Shown here one piece after another: positions 22,758 to 32,613 of a DNA stretch of 64,000 bases. Location of the stretch: assembly GCA_047602405.1 (NCBI GenBank), contig JASGHJ010000002.1:1472001-1536000 (forward strand), in the 5' to 3' direction. Below the pieces are notes generated by a model. That model ran no database searches and was not told the DNA's origin. It worked only from the letters and a program-made list of their open reading frames with translations. The position numbers and the translations under genes were made by a program. Origin of the DNA: Anaeromyxobacteraceae bacterium. GTDB taxonomy: Bacteria > Myxococcota > Myxococcia > Myxococcales > Anaeromyxobacteraceae. Each line of letters begins with the position of its first letter. Positions within the stretch are counted from its first letter, which is position 1.

Positions 22758-24494
22758 TCAGGGCGTGTAGACGCCCGCGGTGAGCCCCTTCGCCGCGCCG
22801 TCGACGGTCACGGTCCCGTGGCTGCCCGCGGGCGTACCCGTCGCCCCCTTCACCGAGAGCGCGCCGGCGAGCGTGGAGGTGCCGCCGGAGCTGTGCACGG
22901 TCACGAGACCGCCGTTGCCGCCGGCGCCGCCCGCTCCCGGCGGCCCGCCGTTCGCGAGCACCTTCGGCGCCGCGACGGTCTTGCCGCTCAGCCAGACCTC
23001 GTTCCCGTGGCCACCCTGACCGCTCGCGGCCGTGGCCCTGCCGCCGAAGGACTCGATCCCGGGCTCGATGCTCAGGGTGCCCGCGGGGGAGGGGGCCGCG
23101 CCCGCCACGGCCTGCGAGTACACCGAGAGCGGCCCGGCGTCGCCGCCCGCCTGCGCGCCGTCGCCGCCGTTCGCGAGGAGCGCGTCCAGGCCGGTGACGA
23201 CGAGGGGACCGGAGGTGCCCGGCGCGACCTCGTTCTGCCAGACCTGGAGCTCGCAGAGGCCGCCGCTCCCACCCACCTGGCCGTCGCCACCGGTGGCGTC
23301 GAGGCCGGCGTGCACGTACGCCGCGAGCGTGCCGCCCGAGCGGGCGGAGAGCGTGCGGCTCTGGAGGCCGATCTCGCCGCCGTCGCCGCCCTGGCCCACG
23401 GTGGCGCTGCCGTCGCCGCCCGCGGAGCGCGCCTCTCCCAGGAACCAGAGCGCGTCGTTCACCGCCTGGACGTCGATGTCGCCGCCGTTCCCGCCCTGGC
23501 CCGCGGAGGCGGCGCCGCCGCGCGTGTCGAGCGCGCCGGTCACCACGACGAAGCCCGCGCAGCTCGCGACCCGCAGGGACCCGCCGGGTCCGCCCGCGAC
23601 CGTGCCCGCGCCGCCGCGGTTCTCGACGGGGCCCGTGACGGCGACGTCGCCCTCGCCGGGCGTGTTGGAGTAGCAGGGGATGATGAGGCTGACGTAGCCC
23701 GCCTCACCGCCGGGCCCCGCCGTGCCCGCGCCGCCGCTCGCGCGGATCGTGCCCGCCTGGAGCCACGCCACCGAGCCCGCCTCGAGGACGATCTGGCCGC
23801 CTTGCCCGCCGGAGGTCCCGTCGCCGCCCCGGCCGTCGATGAGGCCCCGGTTCGTGATGCCCTCGACCGTCTCCACCTGGAGGGAGCCGCCCGTGCCGCC
23901 GGGGGCGCCGGTCAGCTCGACGACGCCGGTCTCGCTCACGTGCAGGGCGCGCGCGACGAGGCGCACGAAGCCGCGGTTCGCGGGCTGGGCCGCGCGGTAG
24001 TGCAGCCGGAGCGTGCCGTCGACGACGATCCCGTCCGCGAGGCGGATCGTCGCCCAGTCGCCCGCGTTCGGCGCGAGCGTGACGGTCGCGCCGGCCTTCA
24101 CCCAGAGCCCGGTGGCCGCGCCGGCCTGATCGCCCGGGACGTGGTCCGACAGGTCCGGCTGGAGGGTCGTGCTCGCGGCGAGGGTCCGCGGGTTCGCGCC
24201 CAGGCCCGGGACGCCGGGCGAGAGCGTCGGGGCGGCGGGCACGGTGGTCGACTTCTTCACCTGGATGTCGCCGCCGTACGAGACGATCCTCACCTCGCCC
24301 CCGGGCCCGCCGGCCGTGGCGCCGTCTCCACCGCGGGTCCAGCCACCGGCTGACGCGGTGGGATCCGAGCCGCCTCCGCCCCCTCCGCCCCCTCCACCTC
24401 CACCTCCGCCCCCTCCTCCTCCGCCGCCCCCGCCCCCACTGCAGGCGGCGAGGAGCGCGAGGGCGAGGGTGACGACGGCCGCATGGCGGGGCAT
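22758..24494 (-). CDS. Glycine-rich lipoprotein with poly-Gly linker and GGxGG repeats (PE_PGRS-like)
   Basis: Lipobox LLAAC followed by 23 Gly codons; recurring GGxGG-x-beta-strand units; AAGGAG RBS. Confidence 0.75.
   Translation of the reverse strand: MPRHAAVVTLALALLAACSGGGGGGGGGGGGGGGGGGGGGGGSDPTASAGGWTRGGDGATAGGPGGEVRIVSYGGDIQVKKSTTVPAAPTLSPGVPGLGANPRTLAASTTLQPDLSDHVPGDQAGAATGLWVKAGATVTLAPNAGDWATIRLADGIVVDGTLRLHYRAAQPANRGFVRLVARALHVSETGVVELTGAPGGTGGSLQVETVEGITNRGLIDGRGGDGTSGGQGGQIVLEAGSVAWLQAGTIRASGGAGTAGPGGEAGYVSLIIPCYSNTPGEGDVAVTGPVENRGGAGTVAGGPGGSLRVASCAGFVVVTGALDTRGGAASAGQGGNGGDIDVQAVNDALWFLGEARSAGGDGSATVGQGGDGGEIGLQSRTLSARSGGTLAAYVHAGLDATGGDGQVGGSGGLCELQVWQNEVAPGTSGPLVVTGLDALLANGGDGAQAGGDAGPLSVYSQAVAGAAPSPAGTLSIEPGIESFGGRATAASGQGGHGNEVWLSGKTVAAPKVLANGGPPGAGGAGGNGGLVTVHSSGGTSTLAGALSVKGATGTPAGSHGTVTVDGAAKGLTAGVYTP
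24369..24437 (-). repeat. (GGN)23 poly-glycine coding tract
   Basis: 23 consecutive Gly codons with mixed third positions directly after the lipoprotein Cys-Ser. Confidence 0.9.
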
Positions 24495-24688
24495 GGACTT
24501 CTCCTTCACCCAGGGTTCCCGCGAGTGTAAAGGCGCCGGCGCGGGGCCGCACGGCCGCGACCTCGGAGGGTGCCCTGTGACGGGCGTCACGGCAGGCGCC
24601 TTCTCGGGGCGTGCATTTGCGGTCACTCGGCGGCGCTTCGTAGGATCGGGCCTCGCGTCCCTGCCCCTGCGGGCGCCTCGGGGGAACC

Positions 24689-25585
24689 ATGCGCCGCCTG
24701 CTCACGCCCTTCCTCGCCGCCGCGCTCGCGACGGCGGCCTGGCCGTCCCGGGCCTCCGGCCCCGCCGACGGCGACCGCGGCCCGGTCATCGATCGCGCCG
24801 ACGCCGACGCCGCGAAGGCGCACCTGTTCATCCGCGGGCGGAACCTCGGGCGCCACGGGCCCACCGTCACGCTCGGCAACGTGCCGCTCGAGATCGAGAG
24901 CGCGTCGCCGACCGACGTCGTCGCGCGGCTGCCGTCGCCGCTCCCCGACGCGAGCTACCGGCTCGTGCTGACGACCGGTGGCCGGCGCGAGGAGCGCTCG
25001 TTCCACGGCGGCGGTGGGAGGGACGCCTGGGGCGAGGCGGTGTTCGAGGTCGCGATCGGCGCCGGGGAGCCGGGGCCGGTCGGGCCCACGGGCCCGACGG
25101 GGCCGGCGGGCCCGCAGGGCGCGAAGGGAGACAGGGGCGATCCGGGCCCGCAGGGCGCCCAGGGCCTCGCGGGCGCGCCCGGCGCGAAGGGCGATCCGGG
25201 GCCGGCCGGGGCCGCGGGCGCCACCGGCCCGACCGGCCCGACCGGCCCCGCCGGTCCGCAGGGGCCGAAGGGCGACAAGGGCGACCCGGGGTCCGGGACG
25301 GTGGACGCGCGGTTCGGGAACGACACGAACACCTTCGCGGAGGGGCGCGGCCGGGAATGCACGCTCGGCGAGATCATCCTGAGCGCGAGCGCCGTCGTGA
25401 ACGGGGTGCCCGCGAACGGCCAGATCCTCTCGATCAGCCAGAACACGGCGCTCTTCTCGCTGCTCGGCACGATGTACGGCGGGGACGGCCGCACCACCTT
25501 CGCGCTCCCGGACCTCCGCGCCGTCGCGCCGAACGGGCTCACGTACTCGATCTGCGTGAGCGGGATCTTCCCGAGCCGGAACTGA
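24689..25585 (+). CDS. Secreted collagen-like protein with an Ig/TIG-like N-domain and a C-terminal phage tail-collar domain
   Basis: Signal peptide; 25 Gly-X-Y triplets; [34 protein letters not shown] tail-collar motif; C-terminal [11 protein letters not shown]. Confidence 0.85.
   Translation: MRRLLTPFLAAALATAAWPSRASGPADGDRGPVIDRADADAAKAHLFIRGRNLGRHGPTVTLGNVPLEIESASPTDVVARLPSPLPDASYRLVLTTGGRREERSFHGGGGRDAWGEAVFEVAIGAGEPGPVGPTGPTGPAGPQGAKGDRGDPGPQGAQGLAGAPGAKGDPGPAGAAGATGPTGPTGPAGPQGPKGDKGDPGSGTVDARFGNDTNTFAEGRGRECTLGEIILSASAVVNGVPANGQILSISQNTALFSLLGTMYGGDGRTTFALPDLRAVAPNGLTYSICVSGIFPSRN
25064..25288 (+). repeat. Collagen (Gly-X-Y)25 coding repeat
   Basis: [27 protein letters not shown] ... 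GPK GDK GDP. Confidence 0.9.
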
Positions 25586-25798
25586 CCCGCTGCCCTCGGG
25601 CAGCCACCGCGTGTGGTCGTCGTTCCCGGACGAGCGAGCTCGCGCGGGAAATCACGCGGCCACGGGGGTTCCAGGGGTACCGCCCACCGCGACGCCGCCC
25701 AAGGGATCCACGGCCCGCGCTTCCTCGAGGATCCGGGAGCGCTGGACACCGCTGCGGTGGCGTACGGCGTCCCCCCGGATGGACCCCACGGACCCGGC

Positions 25799-26689
25799 TC
25801 AACCCGGTCGGCCCGCGAGCCGCTCGCGGATCATCGCGAGCACCGCCTCGCGCTCGGCGCCGGCGATCGCGAGGCGCGGCGCACGGACGCGCTCCGAGCC
25901 GAGCCCGACCACGTCCTGCGTGAGCTTGATGAGCTGGACGAACTTCGGGACCACGTCGAGCCGGAGGAGCGGCAGGAACCACCGGTAGAGCGCGTCGGCC
26001 TCGGCGTGCTTACCGGCGCGCGCGAGGTCGAAGAGGCGGACCGACTCCTCGGGGAGCGCGTTCACGAGGCCGGCGACCCAGCCCGTCGCGCCCGCGGCGA
26101 TGCCCTCCACGATGAGGTCGTCGACGCCCACGAAGAGCGCGAGCCGGTCGCCGATGAGCGCGCGGATCGCGGCGAGGCGGCGGACGTCGGCCGAGGACTC
26201 CTTCACCGCGGCGAGGTTCGGGTGGCGCCGGGCGAGCTCGGCGACCTGCTCGGGGCGCACGTCGGTCCCGTACGCGATCGGGTTGTTGTAGAGCATGCAC
26301 TCGAGCGGGGTCGCCTCGATCACCGCCGAGAAGTGCGCGAGGGTCTCGCGGTCGTCGCCCCGGTAGACGTACGGGGGCAGCACCATCAGGCCCTCGGCGC
26401 CGACCTCCCGGGCGCGGCGGGCGAGCGCGACCGCCTCGTGCGTCGAGAGCGACGCGATGCCGGCCACGAGCGGCGCCCTGCCGCGGAGCGCCTTCGCCGA
26501 GAGCTCGAGGATCCGGACCTTCTCGTCGAAGGAGAGCGTCGCCGACTCGCCGAGCGAGCCGAGCGCGACGAAGCCCTTGCAGCCGGCGGCGAGCATCGCC
26601 TCGAGGTGGCGAGGGATGAAGCCCTCGTCGATCGAGAGGTCCTCCTTGAAGGGGGTGGTGAACGCGGGGAAGACGCCTTGCCAGTTCAT
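25799..26689 (-). CDS. DapA-family protein, probable 1-pyrroline-4-hydroxy-2-carboxylate deaminase
   Basis: GSLGE, YNNP and Schiff-base VKESS, GVDD, GWVAGLVNA; last gene of a hydroxyproline operon. Confidence 0.8.
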   Translation of the reverse strand: MNWQGVFPAFTTPFKEDLSIDEGFIPRHLEAMLAAGCKGFVALGSLGESATLSFDEKVRILELSAKALRGRAPLVAGIASLSTHEAVALARRAREVGAEGLMVLPPYVYRGDDRETLAHFSAVIEATPLECMLYNNPIAYGTDVRPEQVAELARRHPNLAAVKESSADVRRLAAIRALIGDRLALFVGVDDLIVEGIAAGATGWVAGLVNALPEESVRLFDLARAGKHAEADALYRWFLPLLRLDVVPKFVQLIKLTQDVVGLGSERVRAPRLAIAGAEREAVLAMIRERLAGRPG

Positions 26690-26696
26690 TCGGGGT

Positions 26697-27989
26697 TCAC
26701 TCCTCGAGGAGGGTGGAGAGGGCGACGGGGACGATGGGGCTGCGGGGCGTTGCGGGCTCGAGGCCGCGGAGCCGCTCGAGGGCGGCGCCGCAGACCCGGC
26801 CCTGGCACGGGCCCATGCCGGTGCGCGTCGCGAGCTTCGCCTCGCGGGCGGAGGTGGCCCCGGCGGCGTCGAGCTCGCCCGCGCGGACGTCCTCGCACCG
26901 GCAGACGACGAGGTCGGGCGCGAGCGGGCGGAGGAGCTCGGGGCGGAGGGCGTAGGCGCGGTCCATCGCGCGGGCGAAGTCGCGGCCCGTTCGGCGCTCG
27001 GCCACGGGCGCCGGCTCGGGCGGGAGGCCCGCCGCGGCGAGCCCCGCGAGCTGGCCCTCGGCGAGCGCGACCTCCACGCCGGCGACGCCGCAGAGCTCGC
27101 CCGCGGCGAACAGGCCCGGCACCGAGGTCTCCTGGTGATCGTTCACGGCCACCGCGCCGCCGGAGGCGGCGGCCCCGAGGAGGCGCGCGGCCTCCGCGGA
27201 GGGCACGAGGCCGAAGGACACCCCGAGGAGCTCGCAGGCGAGCCGCTCCTCGCGCCGGCCGTCGGTGAGGACCACGGCCTCGACGCCGCCCGTGCCCTCG
27301 GCGCGCACGATCCAGGTGCCGGCGCGGAGCCTCGACCCGAGGGTGCGCCCGAGGCGCAGCGCCTGGCCGAGCTTGCCGGGCTTGCCGAGGAGGCGGAGCC
27401 CGAGGCCCGCGAGCGCGGCGGTCCCGGCCTGCTCGGCGACGGCCACGACCTCGGCGCCCGCGTGCTCGAGCGCCTCGGCAGCGGCGAGGAGGAGCGGCCC
27501 CGTGCCGCCGAGCACGATCCGCTTGCCCCGCACCTCGAGGCCCCCCTTCACGAGCGCCTGCAGCCCGCCCGCGCCCGCGACGCCGGGCAGGGTCCAGCCC
27601 GGGAAGGGCAGGAGGAGCTCGCGGGCGCCGGTCGCGAGCACGACGGCGCGGGCGTCCACGTCGAGGCGGACGGGGCCGCCGCCCTCGCGGTGCTCGGCGG
27701 AGAGCCGGAAGCCGTCGCCCGCGCACCGCGCCTCGAAGAGGGCCGCGTGTCGCAGGACCTCGGCGCCCGAGCGGGAGAGGCGCTCGAGCCAGGGGCGCGC
27801 CTCGGCCGGCGGCGCGCCGGCCGGCGCGTGGCGCCAGATCTGGCCGCCCGGCCCGAACCCCTCGTCGAGCACGGCGACCTTGCGGCCGCCCTCCGCGGCG
27901 CGGCACGCCGCGGCGACGCCGGCCGGGCCGGCGCCCACCACGCAGACGTCGGCCGCGAGGCGGCGTCTCGAGGGGCGGGCGGCGCTCAT
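26697..27989 (-). CDS. FAD/NAD-binding subunit (alpha) of a D-hydroxyproline dehydrogenase-type complex
   Basis: VVGAGPAG, GGQIWR, LATGAREL, FPGWTLPGV, CRCEDV and GMGPCQGRVCG motifs. Confidence 0.8.
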   Translation of the reverse strand: MSAARPSRRRLAADVCVVGAGPAGVAAACRAAEGGRKVAVLDEGFGPGGQIWRHAPAGAPPAEARPWLERLSRSGAEVLRHAALFEARCAGDGFRLSAEHREGGGPVRLDVDARAVVLATGARELLLPFPGWTLPGVAGAGGLQALVKGGLEVRGKRIVLGGTGPLLLAAAEALEHAGAEVVAVAEQAGTAALAGLGLRLLGKPGKLGQALRLGRTLGSRLRAGTWIVRAEGTGGVEAVVLTDGRREERLACELLGVSFGLVPSAEAARLLGAAASGGAVAVNDHQETSVPGLFAAGELCGVAGVEVALAEGQLAGLAAAGLPPEPAPVAERRTGRDFARAMDRAYALRPELLRPLAPDLVVCRCEDVRAGELDAAGATSAREAKLATRTGMGPCQGRVCGAALERLRGLEPATPRSPIVPVALSTLLEE

Positions 27990-28258
27990 CCGGTCACGAC
28001 CTCCATGCCGGCGCGCACGGGCTCGAGGCAGGCGCGCCGGTCGCGGGCGCCGTCCACGGTGACGCGGCACTCGTGGCAGATGCCCATGCCGCAGACCGGG
28101 CCGCGGGGCTCGCCCGAGGCGGAGCGCCGGAATGCCGTGACGCCGGCGTCGAGGAGCGCCGCGGCGAGCGTCTTCGCCGGCGAGACGCTGAGCGCGCGCC
28201 CGTCGACGTGGATCACCACGTGCGGCGGCGCGGGGGCGGGTGGCGTGCGGTCAGGCAT
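27986..28258 (-). CDS. [2Fe-2S] subunit (gamma) of a D-hydroxyproline dehydrogenase-type complex
   Basis: PRGPVCGMGICHECRVTVDG...RAC motif. Confidence 0.85.
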   Translation of the reverse strand: MPDRTPPAPAPPHVVIHVDGRALSVSPAKTLAAALLDAGVTAFRRSASGEPRGPVCGMGICHECRVTVDGARDRRACLEPVRAGMEVVTG

Positions 28259-29363
28259 GGGCGGTGGGCGTGCGGATGGGCGAGTACGGCGCGGGATCGA
28301 GCGGTCCGCGCCGGCCGAGCACGAGGTCGGCGACGAGCTCGCCGGTGCCGGGCGCGGTCGTGATCCCGAGCCCCTCGTGGCCGGCGGCGACGAGGAGGCC
28401 GTCGATGGCCGGGTACCAGCCGACGAGCGGCAGGTTGTCGGGCGTGCACGGCCGGAAGCCGCACCACGTGCGGAGGGCGGGCACGCCGGCGAGCCCGGGC
28501 AGGAAGTCCATCGCGCGCGCCAGCATCCGCGCGCGCAGCGGCGCATTGAGCGAGGCGTCGAGCCCCACGAACTCGCGGGAGGAGCCCACGAGGAGCTGCC
28601 CGGTCGCGCGCGGCTGCACGTTGAACGCGACGCTCTCGGCGCCGCCGCCGTGGGCGCTCTTCAGGTACCCGAGCTCGACGAGCTGGTGCCGGACCATGCC
28701 CGGGACCCGCCCGGTCACGACGAGCTGGCCCTTGCGCGGCCGGAGCGGCAGGGTCGGCACGAGCCGCGCCGCGGCGAGCCCGGCCGCGAGCACGACGGCC
28801 CCCGCGTCCATCCAGCCCGCAGCGGTCCGCACGCGCCGCGGGCCCAGCTCGAGCACCTCGACGCCGCCGCGCACCTGCGCGCCGAGCCCGACCGCGCGCG
28901 CGAGGAGGAAGCGGGCGGCGGCGGGCGGGTAGAGGACCCGGTCGCCGGGGACGAGCATGCCGCCCGCGAGCCCCGCCCGGAGGGACGGCTCGGCCTCGGC
29001 GAGGGCGCGGGCGTCGAGCAGCTCCGCGGCGACGCCCGCGGCGCGGTAGGCGGCGGCGCGCGGGGCGACGAGGCGGAGCTCCTCGTCGTCGGAGGCGACC
29101 CAGAGCGTGCCGCAGGCCGAGTCCTCGGCGCCGCGCGGGAGCTCGGGCGCGAGCGCTGCCCAGAGGTCACGGCTGCGCCGGGTGAGGGCGAGCTGGGCCG
29201 GGCCGTCGTCCATCACGACCACGTGCCCCATCGCGGCGGCGGTCGCGCCGCCCGCGGGGAACCCCGCCTCGAGCACGAGCACGCGCAGCCCCGCGCGCGC
29301 GAGCGCGTCGGCGCAGGCCGCGCCCACGATGCCGGCGCCCACGATGACCGCGTCGGGGCTCAT
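28251..29363 (-). CDS. D-amino-acid oxidase-family flavoprotein (beta subunit of D-hydroxyproline dehydrogenase)
   Basis: IVGAGIVG, PRKGQL, ELGYL, GFRPCTPDNLP and AGHEGLGITTA motifs. Confidence 0.82.
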   Translation of the reverse strand: MSPDAVIVGAGIVGAACADALARAGLRVLVLEAGFPAGGATAAAMGHVVVMDDGPAQLALTRRSRDLWAALAPELPRGAEDSACGTLWVASDDEELRLVAPRAAAYRAAGVAAELLDARALAEAEPSLRAGLAGGMLVPGDRVLYPPAAARFLLARAVGLGAQVRGGVEVLELGPRRVRTAAGWMDAGAVVLAAGLAAARLVPTLPLRPRKGQLVVTGRVPGMVRHQLVELGYLKSAHGGGAESVAFNVQPRATGQLLVGSSREFVGLDASLNAPLRARMLARAMDFLPGLAGVPALRTWCGFRPCTPDNLPLVGWYPAIDGLLVAAGHEGLGITTAPGTGELVADLVLGRRGPLDPAPYSPIRTPTAHA

Positions 29364-30342
29364 CGCGCCGAGGCGGGCTCCAGGATGCCCTCGGCGCCCA
29401 GCCCCGCGCGGAAGGGATCCGCGGGATTCGAAGAGGAGGGTCGTGCGCCCGGTCACGAAGGCCCGGCCCTGGATGCGGGGCCAGAGCTGCCCGTCCCGCT
29501 CCTCGAGCCAGCCCACGAAGCGGCTGCCGGTGATGCTCTCCTGCCGCCAGCGCTCGCCGGGGCGGAGCTTCCCGTGCGCGTGCAGCGCCGCCATCTTCGC
29601 GCTCGTGCCGGTGCCGCAGGGGCTGCGGTCGTACTCGCCACCGGGGCAGAGCACCCAGTTCCGGGCGTCGGCGTCCGGCCGCGAGGGCGGGCCGAAGAAG
29701 CTCGACGTGGTCGATCTCCGCGCCGTCGGCGCCGGTCACGCCCTGCACGCGGAGCGCGCGCATGATCGCGGAGGACACGTCGAGGAGCCGGTGGCGGTTC
29801 TCGAGCGCGAGCCGCTCGCCCTCGAGGTGCGCGAGGAAGAACCAGTTGCCACCCCAGGCGACGTCGCCGCGGATCCGCCCGAGGCCGGGCACCTCGACCT
29901 CGACGTCCGTCCGGTGGCAGCGGGCGGGGACGTTCTCGATCGTGACGAGGCCCTCCGCGGCGAGCTCGGCGGCCACGGAGCCGGCGGGCGTGTCGACCGC
30001 GATCCGCCCGGGGCCGATGCGCCCGAGGAACTCGAGCGTGCGGACGAGGCCGATGAGGCCGTGGCCGCACATCCAGAGCGGGCCGACGTTGTTGAAGAAG
30101 ACCACCCCGCAGTGGGCGCCGGGCGTCACGGGCGGCGTGAGGAGCGCCCCCACCACGGCGTCGTGGCCGCGGGGCTCGAGCACGACCCCGCGGCGGAGCG
30201 CGTCGAAGCGGGTCGCGACCTCCTCGCGGCGCCCCGGCATCGTCGGGGAGGCGAGCGCCGGCCAGCCGTCCACGACCACGCGCGTGGGCTCGCCCTCCGT
30301 GTGCGAGTCGACGACGTCGATCCGCGCGGGCAACCCGGTCAC
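29360..30342 (-). CDS. Proline racemase family, probable 4-hydroxyproline 2-epimerase; two single-base insertions near 29697 and 29427
   Basis: DSHTEGEPTR, FFNNVG..MCGH and LCPGGEYDRSPCGTGTSAK (Cys/Cys pair) across frames; span is 3n+2; corrected C-terminus LFDPADPFRAG. Confidence 0.82.
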
Positions 30343-31775
30343 GGGGTCACCTGCACCGTGCGGAGCTCGGTGTAGAACTCGCGCGCCGCGGGCCCCTGCT
30401 CACGGCCGCCGGCGGAGGAGCCCTTCACCCCGCCGAACGGCGCGTGCGGGTCGACGCCGGTCGTGTCGCCGTTCACGCGGACCATGCCGGCCTCGACGCG
30501 GCGCACGTAGCGGAGCGCGGCGGCGAGGTCGCGGGTGAAGAGCGCGGCGGAGAGGCCGTACGGCACGGCGTTCGCGGCCGCGATCGCCTCGTCGACGCCA
30601 TCGACCGGCACGACCGCGAGCGCCGGCGCGAAGAGCTCCTCGCCGAGGAAGGCGCTCGTCGGCGAGAGGTCACAGACCACGGTCGGGGTGAGGTAGTGGC
30701 CCCGGCCGAAGGCCTCGCCGGCGGGCGCATCGCCGCCCGCGAGCACCCGCGGGCGCTCGGCCTCGACGAGCGCCCGCACCCGGTCGACCTTCGGCCGCTG
30801 CACGAGCGGCCCGACCGCGCACGCGGCGTCGGCCGGCGGCAGCAGCGGGAGCGCCGCGACCGCCTTCACGAGCGCCGCCAGGAAGGGCTCCTCGACCTTC
30901 CGGTCCACGAGCACGCGGGAGGTCGCGGTGCACTTCTGGCCGGCGAAGCGCATGGCGCCGCCGGCGACGAGCGCCGCCGCGCGGCCGAGGTCCGCGTCGG
31001 CGAGCACGATGGCGGGGTTCTTCCCGCCCATCTCGGCCTGGTAGCGGACGTTCCGGCGGGAGCAGACGTCGGCCACCCGCGCGCCCACCTTCGCGGAGCC
31101 GGTGAAGCTCACCGCCCGGACGAGCGGATGCGCGAGGAGCGCCTCGCCCGCGGCGGCGCCGCCGGGGACCATGTTCAGGACGCCCGGCGGGAGCGCCTCG
31201 GCCGCCGACTCGCACAGGAGCCGCGCGCACTCGCTCGAGAGCTCGGAGGGCTTCCAGACCACGGCGTTGCCGAACGCGAGGGCGGGGGCGGCCTTCCAGA
31301 GCGGGATCGCGACCGGGAAGTTCCACGGGGTCACGAGGCCGACGACGCCGAGCGGCTCGCGGAGCGTGAACTGCAGGGTGCCGTCGAGCTGGGACGGGAT
31401 GACGTCGCCGGCATTCCGGACCGCCTCGCCGGCGTAGTACCGCAGGATCGCGACGGCGCGGGCGGCCTCGCCCCGGGCCTCGAGGAGGGGCTTGCCGACC
31501 TCGCGGACCATCGCCTTCGCGAGCTCCTCCCTCCGGGCGTCGAGCACGTTCGCCCAGCGCTGCAGGGCGTCGGCCCGGCCCGGGCCGGGGAGGTCGCGCC
31601 ACGCCGGCCAGGCCTGGGCGGCCGCCTCGGCCGCCGCGACGACGTCGGCGGGGCTGCCGGCGGGGACCTGCGCGACGAGGTCGGAGGTGTCGGACGGGTT
31701 GCGCGCCTCGAGGAGGGCGCTCGACGCGCTCTCGCGGAAGGAGCCGTTCACGAACGCGGGGATGGGGGTGGGCAT
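30339..31775 (-). CDS. Aldehyde dehydrogenase, probable 2-ketoglutarate semialdehyde dehydrogenase
   Basis: TPWNFP, KPSE, FTGS, EMGGKN, GQKCTA and EELFAP motifs; first gene of the hydroxyproline operon. Confidence 0.85.
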   Translation of the reverse strand: MPTPIPAFVNGSFRESASSALLEARNPSDTSDLVAQVPAGSPADVVAAAEAAAQAWPAWRDLPGPGRADALQRWANVLDARREELAKAMVREVGKPLLEARGEAARAVAILRYYAGEAVRNAGDVIPSQLDGTLQFTLREPLGVVGLVTPWNFPVAIPLWKAAPALAFGNAVVWKPSELSSECARLLCESAAEALPPGVLNMVPGGAAAGEALLAHPLVRAVSFTGSAKVGARVADVCSRRNVRYQAEMGGKNPAIVLADADLGRAAALVAGGAMRFAGQKCTATSRVLVDRKVEEPFLAALVKAVAALPLLPPADAACAVGPLVQRPKVDRVRALVEAERPRVLAGGDAPAGEAFGRGHYLTPTVVCDLSPTSAFLGEELFAPALAVVPVDGVDEAIAAANAVPYGLSAALFTRDLAAALRYVRRVEAGMVRVNGDTTGVDPHAPFGGVKGSSAGGREQGPAAREFYTELRTVQVTP

Positions 31776-31854
31776 GGCGGTCCTCCGGATCATGCCCCGG
31801 CGCGCGCGCGTCCGCTTGTCGTTTCGCGCAGCCCGTGCTTCGCTTTCGGCACAG

Positions 31855-32613
31855 GTGGCCCGGGACGGTTCCATCGCGGAGAAGGCCCGCCAGGCCGGGT
31901 ACCTGCTCGAGCTCCTCGACCGGGTGCCCGACGTCGTGGTGTTCGTGAAGGACGCCGCGGGGCGCTACGCGGCCGTGAACGAGACGCTCGTGCGGCGGCT
32001 CGGGCTCACCCACCGCCGGGAGGCGCTCGGGCGGACCGCGGCGGAGCTGTTCCCGGCGCCGCTCGGGGAGGCGTACCTCGCGCAGGACCTCGCCGTGCTC
32101 CGGGGCGGCGCCCCCATCGCCGACCTCCTCGAGCTGCACCTGTACCCGAACCGCGCCGAGGGGTTCTGCCTGACGAGCAAGGTGTGCCTGCGCGACGAGG
32201 GCGGCGAGGTGATCGGGCTCGCCGGCATCTCCCGGGACGTGCACGAGCCGGGCCCCCCGCGCAGCGGGTCGGCGCTGGATCGCGAGGGGACCTTGCCCGG
32301 GCTCGCCCGCGCCGTCCGGGAGCTGCAGGAGCGGTTCGATCGGCCCCTGCGCGTCGAGCGGCTCGCGGCGCTGGCGGGGCTCTCGCCCTGGCGGTTCTCG
32401 CAGCGGATCCGGCGGCTCTTCGGGCTCACCCCGGCGCAGCTCCTCAAGAAGCGCCGCCTCGAGGCGGCCTGCGCGCTGCTCCGGGGCGGCGACCGGCCGG
32501 TCGCGGAGATCGCGCTCGCCTGCGGCTACGGAGACCAGTCCGCGTTCACGCGCCAGTTCAAGGCGGTGGTGGGGCTCTCCCCGGTGCGGTACCGGGAGCG
32601 GGCGCGGGGCTGA
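31855..32613 (+). CDS. PAS-domain AraC-family transcriptional regulator (start uncertain; alternative ATG at 31792)
   Basis: FVKDAAGRYAAVN PAS-like region; IALACGYGDQSAFTRQFKAVVGLSP AraC HTH; divergent from the catabolic operon. Confidence 0.85.
   Translation: MARDGSIAEKARQAGYLLELLDRVPDVVVFVKDAAGRYAAVNETLVRRLGLTHRREALGRTAAELFPAPLGEAYLAQDLAVLRGGAPIADLLELHLYPNRAEGFCLTSKVCLRDEGGEVIGLAGISRDVHEPGPPRSGSALDREGTLPGLARAVRELQERFDRPLRVERLAALAGLSPWRFSQRIRRLFGLTPAQLLKKRRLEAACALLRGGDRPVAEIALACGYGDQSAFTRQFKAVVGLSPVRYRERARG

Noticed and set aside
24689..25585. Prophage remnant, suggested by the tail-collar domain
   Set aside because: The protein has a Sec signal peptide, and no integrase, capsid, terminase or other tail genes are nearby.
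25660..25790. 6S RNA
   Set aside because: Rod-like fold, but no recognisable 6S central-bubble sequence or usual gene context; kept only as an unassigned structure.
26697..29363. Hydrogen cyanide synthase hcnABC or opine oxidase
   Set aside because: Same protein families, but the flanking epimerase, DapA-like deaminase and ALDH fit D-hydroxyproline dehydrogenase better.
24689..31775. Functional link between the collagen-like gene and the adjacent hydroxyproline operon
   Set aside because: The genes are convergent, bacterial collagens generally lack hydroxyproline, and no prolyl hydroxylase is visible; probably coincidence.
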